Shown in pieces: positions 45,264-46,797 of a stretch of DNA of 46,797 nucleotides. Origin of the DNA: an uncultured bacterium (GTDB taxonomy: Bacteria; Poribacteria; WGA-4E; PCPOR2b); NCBI GenBank assembly GCA_964577695.1, contig CAZOAL010000060.1:1-46797 (forward strand), in the 5' to 3' direction. Numbering within the stretch: the first letter of the stretch is position 1; each line of letters begins with the position of its first letter. The notes beneath the pieces were generated by a model that saw nothing but the letters and a program-made list of their open reading frames with translations, did no database searches and was not told the origin of the DNA. A program made the position numbers and the translations under genes.

Positions 45264-46007
45264 ATGGCAGGGTTCATTACAGCCAGTTTTACATTAAAGT
45301 GGAACATCGCTACCCGGCGATTCTACAGCCAATTCCTTTCGGAGTTATCTCAATTTGGCTGTAAATACAATGTTTACAATCAAGGGAGTTATAGTTGCTA
45401 CGCCCCTTCTCGCCGATCGCCGGACATAGGACACCAGGAAACGGCAACAGACGTCGATCCGGATGGGTCAAAAATCGAAGCCGTCATCACTGACTTAGTT
45501 GACGTTGAAAGATCGACATTGAAGTTGGGCTATCCATTCCAGAATGCCTCTCCAGATGTTTTGGTTCATTATTGGCGTTCATTGGATCGCCGAATGAATC
45601 TGAGTCTTTCGGCTCCAGATGAGACATTGCTTCTTGATGAAATCATGGAGCAAAAAGCGGGAGCGAAAAATGTTGAAGCTTTCCTGGGGCTCACCAAAAT
45701 CTTCATAAAAATCGCTTTGCCAGTATATGGCCGAATTGACTTAGAGGTGCTCGCGCCTTCCTACGATGAACTCATCACGGAAGGTTTGCCTTCTGTTGCC
45801 TGGGGAAATTATTGGAGCCAGGAGATCCTTGATCAGGTTGGGGAAAGGGGGATAAATCAAATCATAAAATGGAGTGATCATTCAGAGTATATAGATAATT
45901 GGGGGTTATTATTCTTTGAGGGGGAATTAGAATTCCTGGGAGGACCATCACCGGAGGATAAATCCTTAAACGCGATATTGAAGGGATTAAAGTTAGAGGC
46001 GAAGTGA
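45264..46007 (+). CDS. Hypothetical protein (247 aa)
   Basis: ORF only. Sits 11 nt after the previous gene. Confidence 0.4.
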   Translation: MAGFITASFTLKWNIATRRFYSQFLSELSQFGCKYNVYNQGSYSCYAPSRRSPDIGHQETATDVDPDGSKIEAVITDLVDVERSTLKLGYPFQNASPDVLVHYWRSLDRRMNLSLSAPDETLLLDEIMEQKAGAKNVEAFLGLTKIFIKIALPVYGRIDLEVLAPSYDELITEGLPSVAWGNYWSQEILDQVGERGINQIIKWSDHSEYIDNWGLLFFEGELEFLGGPSPEDKSLNAILKGLKLEAK

Positions 46008-46051
46008 CGCATTTCTGAGTTATTCCATGACCGCAAAAACGCGAGGAGGCG

Positions 46052-46786
46052 ATGTCAATGAAAAAGAGTCCGGTAGCAATAGAGTATCAGCAGACACTCG
46101 AAACGATTGCGGCGCGCATCGAACAAAGCCGTCGAGAGACACTGCGGACGGTCAACCGTGCGCTGGTAGAACTCTACTGGTTTATCGGGCAGGTCATCGC
46201 CGAACGACAGGAACGCGCCGGCTGGGGCGATGCCGTTGTTGAACAACTCTCCAGCGACCTGCGGATGCGTTTCCCGGATATGCAGGGATTGGAGGTGCGT
46301 AACTTATGGCGGATGCGGCAGTTTTACCTCGCCTACCGGGACGAACCAAATCTGTCACCACTGGTGACAGAAATCAGTTGGACGAACCACCTGCTCATTC
46401 TCGGGCACACTGAGTCAGCGACGGAACGGGAGTTCTACCTGCGCGTTTTAGAAAGGTTAGTTCAATCTATACGGCTTCTGGCTGCGGATTATGAAACACA
46501 GATTCGCTCATTTCCAGGCTTTGTTCATATCCCTGATGAGTTAGCCTTGACATACAACGATTGTTTCTTGCTCGTCGATCAGATGGCAAATGCTGGATTG
46601 CTTAATGAGCACCAGTTAGCCAGATTGAAAGAACTTGACGGGGCTTTAGAACGAATGAGTGAAAAAGAGAGTGAAGAAATGTGGACCTTAGACGCCTTAA
46701 AAAAGAATGCTGAATGGCAAGACATCCGGCTCATGGCAAGTGAATTATTAGGGCGTGTTGACGAACTCGGGCAAATGCGCTCGTAG
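46052..46786 (+). CDS. DUF1016 (YhcG-like, PDDEXK-nuclease family) N-terminal domain protein, apparently truncated and fused to a non-homologous tail ending inside a family-A repeat
   Basis: ELYWFIGQVIAERQERAGWGDAVVEQLSSDLRMRFPDMQGLEVRNLWRMRQFYLAY is the DUF1016 N-terminal block. The PDDEXK C-terminal half is absent. The last 12 codons are encoded by the repeat. Confidence 0.65.
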   Translation: MSMKKSPVAIEYQQTLETIAARIEQSRRETLRTVNRALVELYWFIGQVIAERQERAGWGDAVVEQLSSDLRMRFPDMQGLEVRNLWRMRQFYLAYRDEPNLSPLVTEISWTNHLLILGHTESATEREFYLRVLERLVQSIRLLAADYETQIRSFPGFVHIPDELALTYNDCFLLVDQMANAGLLNEHQLARLKELDGALERMSEKESEEMWTLDALKKNAEWQDIRLMASELLGRVDELGQMRS

Positions 46787-46797
46787 CCCAAGTTTCT
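46749..46797. repeat. Left arm of a family-A palindromic element (identical to 5797-5845), cut by the window end
   Basis: tagggcgtgttgacgaactcgggcaaatgcgctcgtagcccaagtttct is identical to the copy near 5.8 kb. Confidence 0.75.

Noticed and set aside
1-46797. tRNA/rRNA genes
   Set aside because: A visual scan of the ORF-free gaps for T-loop (GGTTCGAATCC-like) and anticodon-arm patterns found nothing convincing. A tRNAscan-SE/Infernal run would be needed to be definitive.

Overview
This 46.8-kb window reads as bacterial chromosomal DNA at about 50% GC. Most genes are on the + strand. A convergent minus-strand block runs from 24.7 to 31.3 kb. The gene content suggests an uncultivated FCB-superphylum-like or candidate-phylum organism. 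That guess rests on several FG-GAP and lamin-tail proteins that end in T9SS/FlgD-Ig-type C-terminal sorting domains, a tricorn protease homolog, sigma-54 signalling and many TPR/HEAT/PQQ/PD40 repeat proteins. It is an inference only.

Recognisable content, in order:
- A two-component cluster: PAS histidine kinase, NtrC-family sigma-54 activator carrying the GAFTGA motif, and a stand-alone receiver gene.
- Outer-membrane beta-barrel and OmpA-family genes.
- A glgC remnant.
- A TPR protein and an acyl-CoA desaturase fused to HEAT repeats.
- An nfeD-floA-floA operon behind a near-consensus sigma-70 promoter.
- FG-GAP and LTD secreted proteins.
- A small accessory-like islet at 16.3-21.1 kb. It holds a HEPN-like two-gene cassette, an ABC-type AAA_21 ATPase overlapping a small TOPRIM-like protein, and a HicB/HicA toxin-antitoxin pair.
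- Ppx/GppA-HD, a PhyH dioxygenase, OMP and lipoprotein genes, and an XRE regulator.
- A 1207-aa tricorn protease homolog.
- A disrupted sulfatase-family gene.
- A Zn-dependent alcohol dehydrogenase.
- A secreted protein with an acylphosphatase domain.
- A retropepsin-like aspartic protease pair.
- A PQQ beta-propeller protein.
- A 1423-aa FG-GAP multi-propeller protein with CHB_HEX_C and LamG domains.
- A DUF5069 protein.
- A DUF1016 (YhcG-like) gene truncated by a repeat element.

Beyond the genes, the window is rich in short repeat structure. There are at least two families of palindromic MITE/REP-like elements, one of which supplies a stop codon to host genes. There are several other nested inverted-repeat elements in intergenic regions. 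Two independent 81-bp in-frame tandem duplications occur, at the OmpA gene start and inside the sulfatase remnant. A (TTGACAA)x8 heptanucleotide array sits upstream of a secreted-protein gene, and there are two short motif clusters. I found no rRNA, tRNA or CRISPR array.
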